Origin: Cyanobacteria bacterium auto_48_18
Lineage (GTDB): Bacteria; Cyanobacteriota; Vampirovibrionia; Obscuribacterales; Obscuribacteraceae
Assembly: GCA_036170915.1 (NCBI GenBank)
Contig: JAVHQC010000026.1
Coordinates: 64,001-128,000, forward strand
Reading direction: 5' to 3'
Length of the DNA: 64,000 nucleotides
Position numbers and translations under genes: made by a program
The notes under the pieces: generated by a model
Database searches by the model: none
Told to the model about the DNA's origin: nothing
The model's input: the letters and a program-made list of their open reading frames with translations, nothing else
Shown here: positions 10,598-20,127 of the stretch, in pieces
How positions within the stretch are numbered: position 1 is the stretch's first letter
Layout of the letters: every line of letters begins with the position of its first letter

Positions 10598-10888
10598 CGT
10601 TGAGGTCTAATCTTGCTCCACTTCTGTCTTGATCTGTGAGATTCCATGTACTAATTACTAAAATTTCAGGCAAGTGCGGCCACCGGGCAACACTTAATCA
10701 GATCCTATCGATCCTATCATATGCACTTGCTTCTCTTCTGCGACTATACCTGATAATCGGCGCTAGTCAAGTGGCCGATGGGCCTCACTGGCATGTTTCT
10801 TCGCAGGTTATCAAGAAATTATCCAGGCTTGCTTTCGCAAGCTACTGTTTGTGACATAATCACCAAAATCTGCACTGGTAGAGGGTTT

Positions 10889-11524
10889 ATGAGAATTAAT
10901 AAAGCTATTTTGCTTAGCGGAGTAAGCGCTCTTCTGGCATCTCAAGCTTTGACGTCGCTGGTTTTTGCTCCCAGAGTTGACGCCATGTCACCAGAAGCAC
11001 TCAACGCTAAAGCCACCGAGTCGCGAGTCGTGGCCAAAAGTAAGGCTGCCAGCAGAATTCAAGAAATCGATAATTCTGGTCGCAAACTGGCGCTTTCCAT
11101 ACCTGGTCTAGGCACTGCCCACATCAGCCTTACGCCGGCTGCCGCTGCTCCTGCTGCACCTGTGACTAAGAAATCGCGTGGTGTTGTAGAAAAAAATGTT
11201 CCCGTGGCTTACCCTTACGGCATTTCTCATAAGGGCAACAACATTACCGTTAAAGTGCCCGAGACCGTGGATGAAGCCCTAGATTACGGCCACGTGGCCG
11301 CAAAGCAAGCGGGCAAGGTGGCATCAGCAGCAATCACCCAAATTGGTGGAATGACCCACTGGATTGGCATGTACCTCAAGCAGTTGACGCACAGCACCAC
11401 GGTTACGCCCGCCAGTTATCCTTATATACAGCAACAAACTGCGCCTACACCCACACAAATTGCCGCCGCTCAAAAGCTGTACCGCACTACAGACGGCCGC
11501 TTGCGCACGGTTGTGAGCCGCTAG
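10889..11524 (+). CDS. hypothetical exported protein
   Basis: ATG after GAGGG within ORF 10778..11524; N-terminal signal-like segment MRINKAILLSGVSALLA. Confidence 0.7.
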   Translation: MRINKAILLSGVSALLASQALTSLVFAPRVDAMSPEALNAKATESRVVAKSKAASRIQEIDNSGRKLALSIPGLGTAHISLTPAAAAPAAPVTKKSRGVVEKNVPVAYPYGISHKGNNITVKVPETVDEALDYGHVAAKQAGKVASAAITQIGGMTHWIGMYLKQLTHSTTVTPASYPYIQQQTAPTPTQIAAAQKLYRTTDGRLRTVVSR

Positions 11525-11526
11525 CA

Positions 11527-11556
11527 ATCAGATTAGATATCAGATTAGATATCAGA
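11527..11556. repeat. 12-bp tandem repeat (ATCAGATTAGAT x2.5)
   Basis: Read directly; fills the gap between two convergent stop codons. Confidence 0.85.
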
Positions 11557-11557
11557 C

Positions 11558-12313
11558 TTAGCCGGCATCTTTGCTAGCTGCCGCCGCCGTCGTCATCGTC
11601 GTCATCTCTAATTGATTGAGATAGGCCCAGGCTTGGCCGATCATGCGCGTGCTGATGATCTGGGCAAGAAAAAAGCAAAATGGAGTAAACAATACCCCGA
11701 TAACGCTCATGGTGGGCACGATTAGCGCCACAAGGGTTAGTGTTGAGCCTGCCAACCATACAGTGCCAAGCTCAAGAGGGGCTTTGCCGATACGCCTCAA
11801 AACCTTTCGCCAGGCAAAACCCGCCGCCATCTTCTCTTCCTCAGCAAAATTGGCCATTAAAATTGCCAGGAAAAAATTCTGACCAAAGCTGAGGAAGAAC
11901 AAAAAGAGAAATGTACTCTCCGCCCAAATTAAAAAGTTTGGTTTGGAGACATTCGATACATCAAAACCGGCAGCAGTGATCAAGCTTATTGCCAGCACAG
12001 ACAGAGCAAAAAAGAAAAAGCCGGCGGCTATTGAAAGCCAGGAGAGGCCACTGATAGTGAGATCCATCCAGTCATTCCAGCCCGGCAATTTTTCGAGCTC
12101 ACCATTGGTGGTCATGCGCAAACTGCGCAGCAGGTAGCCGGTTGAAAGTGCCGAGAGGACGAAACAAATGGGTATGCAAACTGGATTGATGATGAATATG
12201 CCCAGGGACATATAGTTGATGAAACCGCCAATTGTAGTCTTGAGCGGCCATTCAGGGTCTTTGAGAAAGGCCTTGAAACTGTTATTTAGATTGAACGTGG
12301 TGGGAGAACTCAT
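11558..12313 (-). CDS. DUF4013-like membrane protein
   Basis: AFLKDPEW..K..IGG, GYLLR, LPGWNDW pattern; multiple TM segments. Confidence 0.7.
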   Translation of the reverse strand: MSSPTTFNLNNSFKAFLKDPEWPLKTTIGGFINYMSLGIFIINPVCIPICFVLSALSTGYLLRSLRMTTNGELEKLPGWNDWMDLTISGLSWLSIAAGFFFFALSVLAISLITAAGFDVSNVSKPNFLIWAESTFLFLFFLSFGQNFFLAILMANFAEEEKMAAGFAWRKVLRRIGKAPLELGTVWLAGSTLTLVALIVPTMSVIGVLFTPFCFFLAQIISTRMIGQAWAYLNQLEMTTMTTAAAASKDAG

Positions 12314-13067
12314 TGACTGTCATCATCTCATGTAGCTTGGCCAAAGTATTTTTGTCGGTCATGTTAAACGAAACTGGTGTAACGCTGATGTAGCCATTGA
12401 TAAGGGCGTGCACATCCGACAACTCTGACTCGCCTTCTTCAATCGCGCGGCCAGAAAGCCAGTAGTAGTCTCGGCCATTGGGATCGTGACGCAGTTCGAA
12501 AATATCCTCATATTGACGCTTGCCAAGCTCTGTGACTCGCACGCCCTTAAGATTTGCCGGCTCCGGCACATTGACATTAAAAAGACCGCGGCTGGGCATG
12601 GGTGCTTTGGGCATCACACGCAGAAAATCGACGATGAATTCTGCAGCCAGGGTAAAAATGGCGCGGTCATTTTTCTGCGCGCTCACGGCGATGGCGGGAA
12701 AACCCGAAAAAGCGCCCTCCATGGCTGCTGCAACCGTGCCAGAGTAGAGCACGTCAGAGCCTAAGTTGGGCCCAGAGTTTACTCCAGAGATAATTACGTC
12801 TGGCTTGTCGGGAAGAAGCTGACTGACGGCCAGCTTGATGCAATCAGACGGTGTGCCTGTTGTAGACCAGGCGCCTTTAATGCCGCCTTCCAGGTCGACT
12901 TTTTCTACACGTAAGGGTTTATGCAGGGTGACAGAGTGGCCGGTGGCGCTTCTTTGCCGGTCAGGGGCGACGACATAGACTTCGTGTTTGGCTTCAGCTA
13001 AATGCCGGGCCAGTATGCCCAGACCTGGTGCGAAGACGCCGTCGTCGTTGGAAATGAGAATTCTCAA
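12282..13067 (-). CDS. surE: 5'/3'-nucleotidase SurE
   Basis: RILISNDDG, VAPDRQRSATGHS, GTPSDC, SGVNSGPNLG, YSGTVAAAMEG. Confidence 0.97.
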   Translation of the reverse strand: MRILISNDDGVFAPGLGILARHLAEAKHEVYVVAPDRQRSATGHSVTLHKPLRVEKVDLEGGIKGAWSTTGTPSDCIKLAVSQLLPDKPDVIISGVNSGPNLGSDVLYSGTVAAAMEGAFSGFPAIAVSAQKNDRAIFTLAAEFIVDFLRVMPKAPMPSRGLFNVNVPEPANLKGVRVTELGKRQYEDIFELRHDPNGRDYYWLSGRAIEEGESELSDVHALINGYISVTPVSFNMTDKNTLAKLHEMMTVNEFSHHVQSK

Positions 13068-13209
13068 TGCTGCTTTCCTTTGTAATGATGCCTGTCCGGC
13101 AAATTATAGATTGCTGGTATCCTATATATGGTCTCTGAAAGCCACTTAGGGCTCGGGCCGTGAGTATTTTCTCATAGATTTTTTTCCACCCTTTTTTGGA
13201 CTAATACAT

Positions 13210-14391
13210 ATGTTGGATTCTGTTTTTGAGCGTTCGAGTGATTCCCTGCTGCAAGTATTACAGCTCGCTTTAGATGAGTGTATAAATTTCGAGCACAACT
13301 ATATTTGTACTGATCATCTTCTTGCTGCATTAGCTACTGAATATGGTGGTGTCGCCAATGAGGCGCTCGCCACTATGAAAATTGATGAAGATGCGGTCAG
13401 CAAGGAGCTGGAAAATCAAATCAAAGGCAAGAGCGAATCAGAACTGCCTTTTTCAGGTAGACCTGATTTATCGTCAGGACTTCCGTCTGTCAGTCTTCCT
13501 GTTGTTGCCACCAGCGCCGGTGGCGCTACTGCGAGCTTCAGCGAAACTCGAAAAGCCTATGGCTTGAGTGATCTGACTGTCCAATCGCTGCACCGTGCAT
13601 ACGAGTATGCTTTGTTTTTTGGCCTAAACTTTATCAATCCCGAACACCTTTTGCTCGGCATTATGGACGCGCGCGAATCTACCGCGGTGAAGGTAATTGA
13701 AGAGTTGGGTGGAAATATTGATTATTTGCGCCGGCAGATAATGCACTTAATGGCAAAGAGTTTAAACACAGGCTCCAGCAATGCCGAAGTGCCGGGTCTT
13801 AATCGCACAGTTGTGAATGGCCTTAAAGAGCTTATCGACAAACATTATCGCGCCGTTAGTACTCTGCAAGGTCTATCTGTTCGCAGTCGTCATGCCCTTT
13901 CATCACTGCCTCCACGTAGTGAAATTGTGCACATGGTCTGCACCGGATATTTCCCAGATTTTCTCCTCAATCAAATTGCTTTTCGTCGTTATCTTTTGGA
14001 AGAGACTCTGGCGCAGTTGAATTTGCGTGTCGGTAATTTAGACAAAGAGTTGATTGCCACCATCGTTTCTTCCGCCGCTCAGAGTTTGCGCGGGGAAGTG
14101 CGTACAGCTATTGAGTTTATGCTCAGTAATGAATATCGACTTTTTAGTCAAATGCTTGATGATGCCGAGCACGATTTAATCGGTTCTGTGGTGGAAGATC
14201 TGTGGTGGGCTCAAGGCGAAGAAATTGCGCTCAATGATCTTTTTGCCGACGCTTTAGATGATCACAGAAGAAAGCATTTGCTCAATTTGCAGAAACGCCG
14301 TCTGGAGATTACTGAAAGATTGACCAAATTAAAAGGGCGTTTAGACGAGACCATTCGCCAGTGTTTCGTTAAGCGTTCAGTTTCAGCCTGA
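13210..14391 (+). CDS. Clp N-terminal-repeat protein without AAA+ module
   Basis: Two Clp_N repeats (HNYICTDHLLAAL; FINPEHLLLGI) followed by a helical C-terminus; no Walker motifs seen. Confidence 0.7.
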   Translation: MLDSVFERSSDSLLQVLQLALDECINFEHNYICTDHLLAALATEYGGVANEALATMKIDEDAVSKELENQIKGKSESELPFSGRPDLSSGLPSVSLPVVATSAGGATASFSETRKAYGLSDLTVQSLHRAYEYALFFGLNFINPEHLLLGIMDARESTAVKVIEELGGNIDYLRRQIMHLMAKSLNTGSSNAEVPGLNRTVVNGLKELIDKHYRAVSTLQGLSVRSRHALSSLPPRSEIVHMVCTGYFPDFLLNQIAFRRYLLEETLAQLNLRVGNLDKELIATIVSSAAQSLRGEVRTAIEFMLSNEYRLFSQMLDDAEHDLIGSVVEDLWWAQGEEIALNDLFADALDDHRRKHLLNLQKRRLEITERLTKLKGRLDETIRQCFVKRSVSA

Positions 14392-14405
14392 TTCTCAGTC
14401 TTTGA

Positions 14406-14774
14406 ATGTCAGTCTATTATCAAGTCTATGAAATCGTGCGCGACATACCACGCGGTCGCGTGCTCACTTATGGTCTAATATCGCACATGATAGGCAAACG
14501 TTTGAGTGCCCAGGGAGTGGGATGGGCGCTGAGAGCACTGCCTGCTGCTGAAGATTCAGTTGCTGGTAAAAAGTTTCACTCAGGCAATGTACCGTGGCAC
14601 CGGGTAATTAATGCCTCTGGTGGTGTCAGCACCACCCGTAATACCGACATGCCGCCAGATTTGCAAAAGACTTTACTTGCGGCGGAAGGCATAAAGTTCA
14701 ATCGGGAAGCCAAAATTGATCTCGACAAGTATCTGTGGACGGAAGGTCTGCAGGCAAGTATGGTTAATAATTGA
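14406..14774 (+). CDS. alkyltransferase-like (ATL/MGMT family) protein
   Basis: IPRGRVLTYG, VGWAL, PWHRV (Trp in place of the catalytic Cys of PCHRV). Confidence 0.9.
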   Translation: MSVYYQVYEIVRDIPRGRVLTYGLISHMIGKRLSAQGVGWALRALPAAEDSVAGKKFHSGNVPWHRVINASGGVSTTRNTDMPPDLQKTLLAAEGIKFNREAKIDLDKYLWTEGLQASMVNN

Positions 14775-14796
14775 CTCTATTTATAAAAGTGAGGAC

Positions 14797-15522
14797 ATGA
14801 TCTTGCGGCAAAAAAGTTTTTTAATAGCAGGCTTATCGCTTCTGGTTTGCTCTGCCCCGGCATATGGTGCCAGACCTAATCCGCAGCAAGCTTTGGAGGC
14901 CATTAAGGCCGGCAACAGTCGTTACCTTAGCGGTAATACCGTTCACTTCGAAGTTAATAAAGAGAAGCGCGAGATCAGTGCTAGTGATGGCCAACAACCG
15001 GTTGCCATTGTACTTGGCTGCTCTGATTCACGTGTGCCTGTAGAAATGGTTTTTGATCAAGGTCTGGCAGAAGTTTTTGTGGTTAGAGTAGCCGGTAATG
15101 TTTGCGGCTTGTCGGAGCTGGCATCGATAGAATATGGCGTCAAGGTTTTGCAAATTCCCTTGATTATCGTGCTTGGTCATTCTGATTGTGGTGCTGTCAA
15201 GGCCGCAGTAGATAGTGCCGTCAGTGGTGCAGTTTTTCCTGGTCACTTACCAGGTCTAATCCAGCAAATGGCTCCAGCTGTGGCTGCCGCCAGACGCACT
15301 CATCCTGACCAGAAAGGCAAAGACCTGGTTCAATCTGCTGCAACTTCAAACATCTGGTTGGCCGCCAGCGAAATTTATGGTGGCAGCACTATTGTCAAAA
15401 ATGCTGTTTTTGCCAATAAGTTGAAAATCGTGGCTGCCATGCGTGACATCAAAAGCGGTAAAGTCACTTTTCTTGGAGAATATCCACAGCCAGTAACGGT
15501 TGTCACTCCAGGGCGCAAGTGA
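14797..15522 (+). CDS. beta-class carbonic anhydrase, predicted exported
   Basis: CSDSRV, RVAGN, GHSDCGAV zinc ligands; ATG after GAGG followed by a signal-like peptide. Confidence 0.93.
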   Translation: MILRQKSFLIAGLSLLVCSAPAYGARPNPQQALEAIKAGNSRYLSGNTVHFEVNKEKREISASDGQQPVAIVLGCSDSRVPVEMVFDQGLAEVFVVRVAGNVCGLSELASIEYGVKVLQIPLIIVLGHSDCGAVKAAVDSAVSGAVFPGHLPGLIQQMAPAVAAARRTHPDQKGKDLVQSAATSNIWLAASEIYGGSTIVKNAVFANKLKIVAAMRDIKSGKVTFLGEYPQPVTVVTPGRK

Positions 15523-16017
15523 TCAGCTATTTTCCTGGTTGTCTTGCTTTTCCTGTTCCAAAACCGGCACTGGCGGCAATATCTCCTTAATTTCGGCTAT
15601 CAGAGCTTCCGCATCGAAAACTGGCATACTGAGAAAAACGTCGGCTCCCATGGCCAGGCCGGCTTTTTCGGTGGAAGCGTTGATTTTTCTACCCATTGGA
15701 CCCGGCGCCAGTGCTAATGTCATGAACATGGTTTGTTTATGCAGGGGATCTTTTCTTAGCCTGGTTAAAAAATCAAATAAAGACTCATCTTCCAGGTAGG
15801 CCGCACAAATTATTACGTCAGCGTGATTCTTTCCATCTAAAAAAGCGAATGCTTCGGCGATTGTATAAGCACCGATAACCGAGTGCCCGACCTTTTTACA
15901 GGCCTCTTTGAGCAGTTCCACATTTTCAATATTGTCCATAATCAGGATGCGAAAAGTATCTTTTGCAGGCAGCCTGTTTTCTATATTGGATGGCTCTATG
16001 GGCGGTTCGACAGTCAC
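15523..16017 (-). CDS. degenerate receiver (CheY-like) domain protein
   Basis: RILIMD, ADVII, GADVFL receiver pattern, but the phospho-Asp and conserved Lys appear absent. Confidence 0.65.
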   Translation of the reverse strand: MTVEPPIEPSNIENRLPAKDTFRILIMDNIENVELLKEACKKVGHSVIGAYTIAEAFAFLDGKNHADVIICAAYLEDESLFDFLTRLRKDPLHKQTMFMTLALAPGPMGRKINASTEKAGLAMGADVFLSMPVFDAEALIAEIKEILPPVPVLEQEKQDNQENS

Positions 16018-16091
16018 TGCTTTACCTCGTGATGCAATACTGAAATGGTATCAAATCTGGTGATCGACATTTAGGTGGTGGAACTTCGCAG

Positions 16092-16550
16092 CTAAGTCAA
16101 AACAAACGGACATTTCTGGCAGAATGCTTTGGCAAAATGTACTTCTAGCCCGTCCATGTCTATTCCGACCTGCACACGGCAGCGTAGCGTGTTGCCGCAC
16201 TGCGGACAATCAAGTTCTTTTACACCTTTAAGAATGGAATCGGTCAGGTCTGCCAAAATAGCGTTGTAGCGCTCTGGATCGTTGGTGGGTTCGAGCCTTG
16301 GGCGTGCTTCCACCTCTTGAATAATAATCGGGTCGACGGCCAGGGCACGAGCTAAAAGCTGCCTATCAGTAGAAGAGAGCCAGGTCTCGAGACCCGATTC
16401 CAGGTCTTCAATGCGCTGTTTTGTGAATCGTGATTCTAAGGCCAGATCTTTAACAGTCAGATTCTTGCGTTCTCGCAATTCAACTAATCGCCGTGCCAGA
16501 GTTGGTGCCAATTCGCTAGTTTCTTTTGCTCTACTATTTTTTGAATTCAT
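16092..16550 (-). CDS. XRE-family HTH protein with C-terminal zinc ribbon
   Basis: LVELRERKNLTVKDLA..IEDLESG HTH; CPQC...CQKC. Confidence 0.7.
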   Translation of the reverse strand: MNSKNSRAKETSELAPTLARRLVELRERKNLTVKDLALESRFTKQRIEDLESGLETWLSSTDRQLLARALAVDPIIIQEVEARPRLEPTNDPERYNAILADLTDSILKGVKELDCPQCGNTLRCRVQVGIDMDGLEVHFAKAFCQKCPFVLT

Positions 16551-16633
16551 ATTTGACTCGAGGCAGACGTGTTGCTGTAAATTATAACTCCATCGGCTGC
16601 CTGGTTTTTTGGTTTTGTCTTTTGAGGCTGAAT

Positions 16634-17833
16634 ATGCTCGATTTTATCAAGCTCTCTCAACTTGTAGGTCAAGTCGGCGCCGACAGTATTGTAGAAAAAC
16701 AAGACTTTGAGCGCACAATGCAACGAGCACTGGCTGCCTTCCACACCGCTCAAAACGCTGCTCAGCAGTTTGAAAACCGACTGTCAGAAAATGCACCATG
16801 GGTCTTATGGCCAACGGCTAAGCCACTTGAGCCGCTGTCGGTGCGCGAAATCGTACCAACGATTGAAACCAGCGCAAAGAAATGGACTGTGGTGGCCGTA
16901 GACGGCTCGCAAATTATGCCTTCTCATCATGAAGTGCACAATTGCTATTTGCTCAACGTGGGCCTGGCTCGTATTTCTTATGGGCTTGCTCTGGCACCGC
17001 TACTTTTGAGTGAGCCCCGTCTGCACGCTCGGCCAGACGATCTCTATCCGCTAGTCGACCGTCGGCGCGTTCATATCGACGAGCTTTATGTTTCGCTCGA
17101 GCGTGGTCTTTTTGAACTCGAGCTTTTGGCAGAGCAGGCGTGTTCTGCAGCCAGCCATGGTGAAAGTGTACTAGCCATGTATGACGGTTCCCTGATTCCC
17201 TGGTCTGTAGAAAAAATGAGCAGCAGTTATCAGGAAAGCTATTTTGCGCGCGTTGAAGCCGTGATGGCGAAGCTGAGATTGGCAAAGGTACCGATTCTAG
17301 GATACATTAGTCACAGTCGTAGTGCCGATCTGATCAATTGTTTGCGCGTTTCCATCTGCCCTTATGAAATCAGCCATTGTCGTCAGAATTGTGCCGATAT
17401 TAACGAGGAAGATTTTCCATGTTCTCAAGTCTGGCCACTGAGCGATCGCAGTTTATTCGGCAAAATTCTTGCTTTGAACGAACGTTCAAGCGTTTTTGTC
17501 AGTGGTGCCTCTGCTGTTAAGTTGTTGCCTCTTTGCGACACTACTTGTTTTGTTTACTGGCGCGGAGCCAGTGAAATTGCCCGGCTTGAATTGCCACGCT
17601 GGGTTTTTGACGACAAAATTATGTTTGCTTTTGCCCTTTCAGCTATGCGTACTCAAGTGGAGAAGGGTCAGGGCTATCCTGTAGCCCTTGCTGAGGCGCA
17701 CCATCTAGCTGTAATTAAAGGGCCAGATCGCGATCGTTTCTTCCAAATGATAACTGACAGAATGGTCAGCCTCGGCGTTGGGCAAGTACGTGTGAGCCCG
17801 AAAGAGAGTCAGAAGCGTAGAGGATTTGTCTGA
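16634..17833 (+). CDS. nurA: NurA-family nuclease
   Basis: VAVDGSQI, DGSLI, RLELP, GYPVALAEAHHLAVI; probable ATG at 16634 within ORF 16526..17833. Confidence 0.88.
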   Translation: MLDFIKLSQLVGQVGADSIVEKQDFERTMQRALAAFHTAQNAAQQFENRLSENAPWVLWPTAKPLEPLSVREIVPTIETSAKKWTVVAVDGSQIMPSHHEVHNCYLLNVGLARISYGLALAPLLLSEPRLHARPDDLYPLVDRRRVHIDELYVSLERGLFELELLAEQACSAASHGESVLAMYDGSLIPWSVEKMSSSYQESYFARVEAVMAKLRLAKVPILGYISHSRSADLINCLRVSICPYEISHCRQNCADINEEDFPCSQVWPLSDRSLFGKILALNERSSVFVSGASAVKLLPLCDTTCFVYWRGASEIARLELPRWVFDDKIMFAFALSAMRTQVEKGQGYPVALAEAHHLAVIKGPDRDRFFQMITDRMVSLGVGQVRVSPKESQKRRGFV

Positions 17834-18044
17834 CGATTTGAGCACTCTTTTTTTTCGGGAGTATGCGTCTAAGGCCTCATTTAGTACCTGAGTTAGTACT
17901 TAAATGGGTATAGACACTATATAAGCGTGCTGCTAAATTATTAGCTACGACTAATTGTGCTCAAACCCATAAGGCTATATAGGACTTTAAGTAGCAAGCT
18001 GGGTAGAAATCAAGAAGCCGCAGCAAGAATGACGGGTGTGAAAA

Positions 18045-18638
18045 TTGATTTCCAACGTACTGCTCTTCGTGAAAAGTTTAGGCACTTCCGTTACGCTCAG
18101 TAAGGGTGGGTTGATTCTTCCTGACTTTTTCGATATGGGTCGCAACAAACAAAGATTGACCCGCATGCGTGTGCAATCTCATCAAGGTGCATTCGATCTC
18201 GACGATGCGCGCAGAATGGCAGACACTGGGCGAGAAGATAATGTTCTCTGTCGCGAGCGTCAAAAAGAAGCGATGCTGCATTGGTTTGGCGATACTCACC
18301 GCTCTGAAGTCGAAGATATAGAGCAGCGAATCAATAACGTCGAGCGCAGTCGTCGTGCGGGTATGCCGCAGATTGAACCTCTGCCGTCAATAGAAGATAG
18401 TTTTCTTGCCTGGACTAATGAAGACGAGTATCTTTTTGAATCTAAGATCAAAGAATCGTGGAAAGATTTTGAAGATGATCACACAGGCTTAGTATTGGCT
18501 TCTAGTTATTGCTACGAAGATGATGAACTCGACGCCGAGATGCTCGAAATTCTTCTGACTCAAGAAGAGAACCGCAAATATCTAGCACCGGAAGAGGCCG
18601 CGCCAATAGTTGTTAACTCCAGCTACTGGATAGACTGA
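18045..18638 (+). CDS. hypothetical protein, acidic C-terminal half (likely start ATG 18135)
   Basis: 197-aa ORF, no recognisable motif. Confidence 0.55.
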   Translation: MISNVLLFVKSLGTSVTLSKGGLILPDFFDMGRNKQRLTRMRVQSHQGAFDLDDARRMADTGREDNVLCRERQKEAMLHWFGDTHRSEVEDIEQRINNVERSRRAGMPQIEPLPSIEDSFLAWTNEDEYLFESKIKESWKDFEDDHTGLVLASSYCYEDDELDAEMLEILLTQEENRKYLAPEEAAPIVVNSSYWID

Positions 18639-18654
18639 TTGGTTATGCTTAAGC

Positions 18655-20118
18655 ATGCGTGATTTGTTGCGCTGGAATGGCACCATTGATAGGGCTCCAT
18701 ATGTTAAGTGGGGCCTCTCGCTTATGGTGCTCAAATACTTACTCGACCAGCTGATCAGTCATCTTTTCTTTCATCGCAGCTGGTCTATTTTTGAATATTT
18801 TGCTCCTGCAGCGGCTGCTCATCGGCTTGAATCTGACGCGGTATTTTTTCTTACTATTCTGGCCGCTTCCCTGCCTTTTGCCTATATCGGTTGTGCACTG
18901 ACTGTGCGACGCTTACGCTCAGCCAATTTGCCTGTCTGGCTGGTGCTATTTTTCTTCCTTCCTGTTATCAATCTGATATTTTTCAAAATTATTTGCTGGA
19001 TGCCTTCAGTAGTCGAGCAGCATCCGATGCTTTTGGAGAGTACTGCTGTCTCACAGATTGCCAATTCGCAAGACTATGAACATCTGAGGGAGGCTGATTA
19101 TCCGGTTTCTGAAAAACTGCTTTTTGCGCGTTTTATTCCACGCACTAAGTTCTGGTGTCTTGTTGCTTCCATTGCCTATCCTGCAATCATTGGCCTGGCT
19201 GCCGGTTTCCTGGCAATGCAAACCCTCGGTACTTATGGCTGGGGGGTATTCGTGGCCCTGCCCTTTGTTCTTTCTACGCTTTCGGTTTTAATATATTCGT
19301 ACTGGCAGCCTCGTGCCTGGTTGCAGTGCTTGCAAGTGGCCTGGGCGGAGCTTATATTCATGGGCCTGGTTTTACTTTTACTTGGCCACGAAGGGGCAAT
19401 TTGCCTGATCATGGCTGCACCTCTTACATTTGGTATTGCCCTGGTGGGTGCTTTTCTTGGCTATCACATTCAACCACATACGCCTGATAAGCCTGGGCCT
19501 TTACCGCAGTTACCTGCTATGTTCCTCGGTTTAGGTCTGCTGTTACCTGCTTTCGTTTATCTCGAAGCGGCATCTGCAAAAGATTTACCGGTCTATAAAG
19601 TATCCAGTACTCTAGATGTTGCAGCACCACCTATGGTGGTATGGAAGAATGTTGTCGCCTTTAGCCAGTTGCCTGAACCTAGTCAGCGGCCTCAAGATTT
19701 GTTATTCAATTTGGGTGTGGCCTATCCTAAATGTGCTCGCATCAAAGGTAGTGGCCCTGGTGCAATTAGGCATTGCGTCTTTTCTACCGGTACTTTTGTT
19801 GAGCCCATAGCGGTTTGGGATGAGCCAAGAAGACTGGCTTTCAACGTTACCTCGCAAGCTTTGCCTATGCGCGAATTATCGCCATATAGCGGTTTGCATC
19901 CGCGGCACCTTGATGGCTATCTCAAATCAAAACATGGCGAATTTTATCTGACGGCCCTGCCTTCAGGTGGCACAAGGCTGACCGGCACCACCTGGTATAC
20001 AAACGATATGGGGCCTCAGCCCTACTGGCGAATCTGGTCTGACGGTATAATTCATTCCATTCACTTCCGCGTGCTCGAACATGTACGCCATTTGTCTGAA
20101 AATAGAAGCGATACGTAA
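18655..20118 (+). CDS. DUF805 membrane domain fused to an SRPBCC-like C-terminal domain
   Basis: GTIDRAPY...VRRLR..LP DUF805 pattern; TM core; VSSTLDVAAPP..VW..F and GTRLTGTTWY SRPBCC-like pattern. Confidence 0.7.
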   Translation: MRDLLRWNGTIDRAPYVKWGLSLMVLKYLLDQLISHLFFHRSWSIFEYFAPAAAAHRLESDAVFFLTILAASLPFAYIGCALTVRRLRSANLPVWLVLFFFLPVINLIFFKIICWMPSVVEQHPMLLESTAVSQIANSQDYEHLREADYPVSEKLLFARFIPRTKFWCLVASIAYPAIIGLAAGFLAMQTLGTYGWGVFVALPFVLSTLSVLIYSYWQPRAWLQCLQVAWAELIFMGLVLLLLGHEGAICLIMAAPLTFGIALVGAFLGYHIQPHTPDKPGPLPQLPAMFLGLGLLLPAFVYLEAASAKDLPVYKVSSTLDVAAPPMVVWKNVVAFSQLPEPSQRPQDLLFNLGVAYPKCARIKGSGPGAIRHCVFSTGTFVEPIAVWDEPRRLAFNVTSQALPMRELSPYSGLHPRHLDGYLKSKHGEFYLTALPSGGTRLTGTTWYTNDMGPQPYWRIWSDGIIHSIHFRVLEHVRHLSENRSDT

Positions 20119-20127
20119 TTTTTGTAG

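Noticed and set aside
10531..10647. Second short minus-strand ORF (MESHRSRQKW..., 38 aa) upstream of the corC-family gene
   Set aside because: No RBS, no motif and not coupled to the downstream start; less plausible than the 42-aa uORF
11527..11556. 12-bp direct repeats as CRISPR or target-site duplication
   Set aside because: No spacers, no cas genes and no transposase; simple slippage repeat
17442..17449. HIP1 octamer GCGATCGC
   Set aside because: Only an isolated occurrence was noticed, with no obvious enrichment; not counted exhaustively
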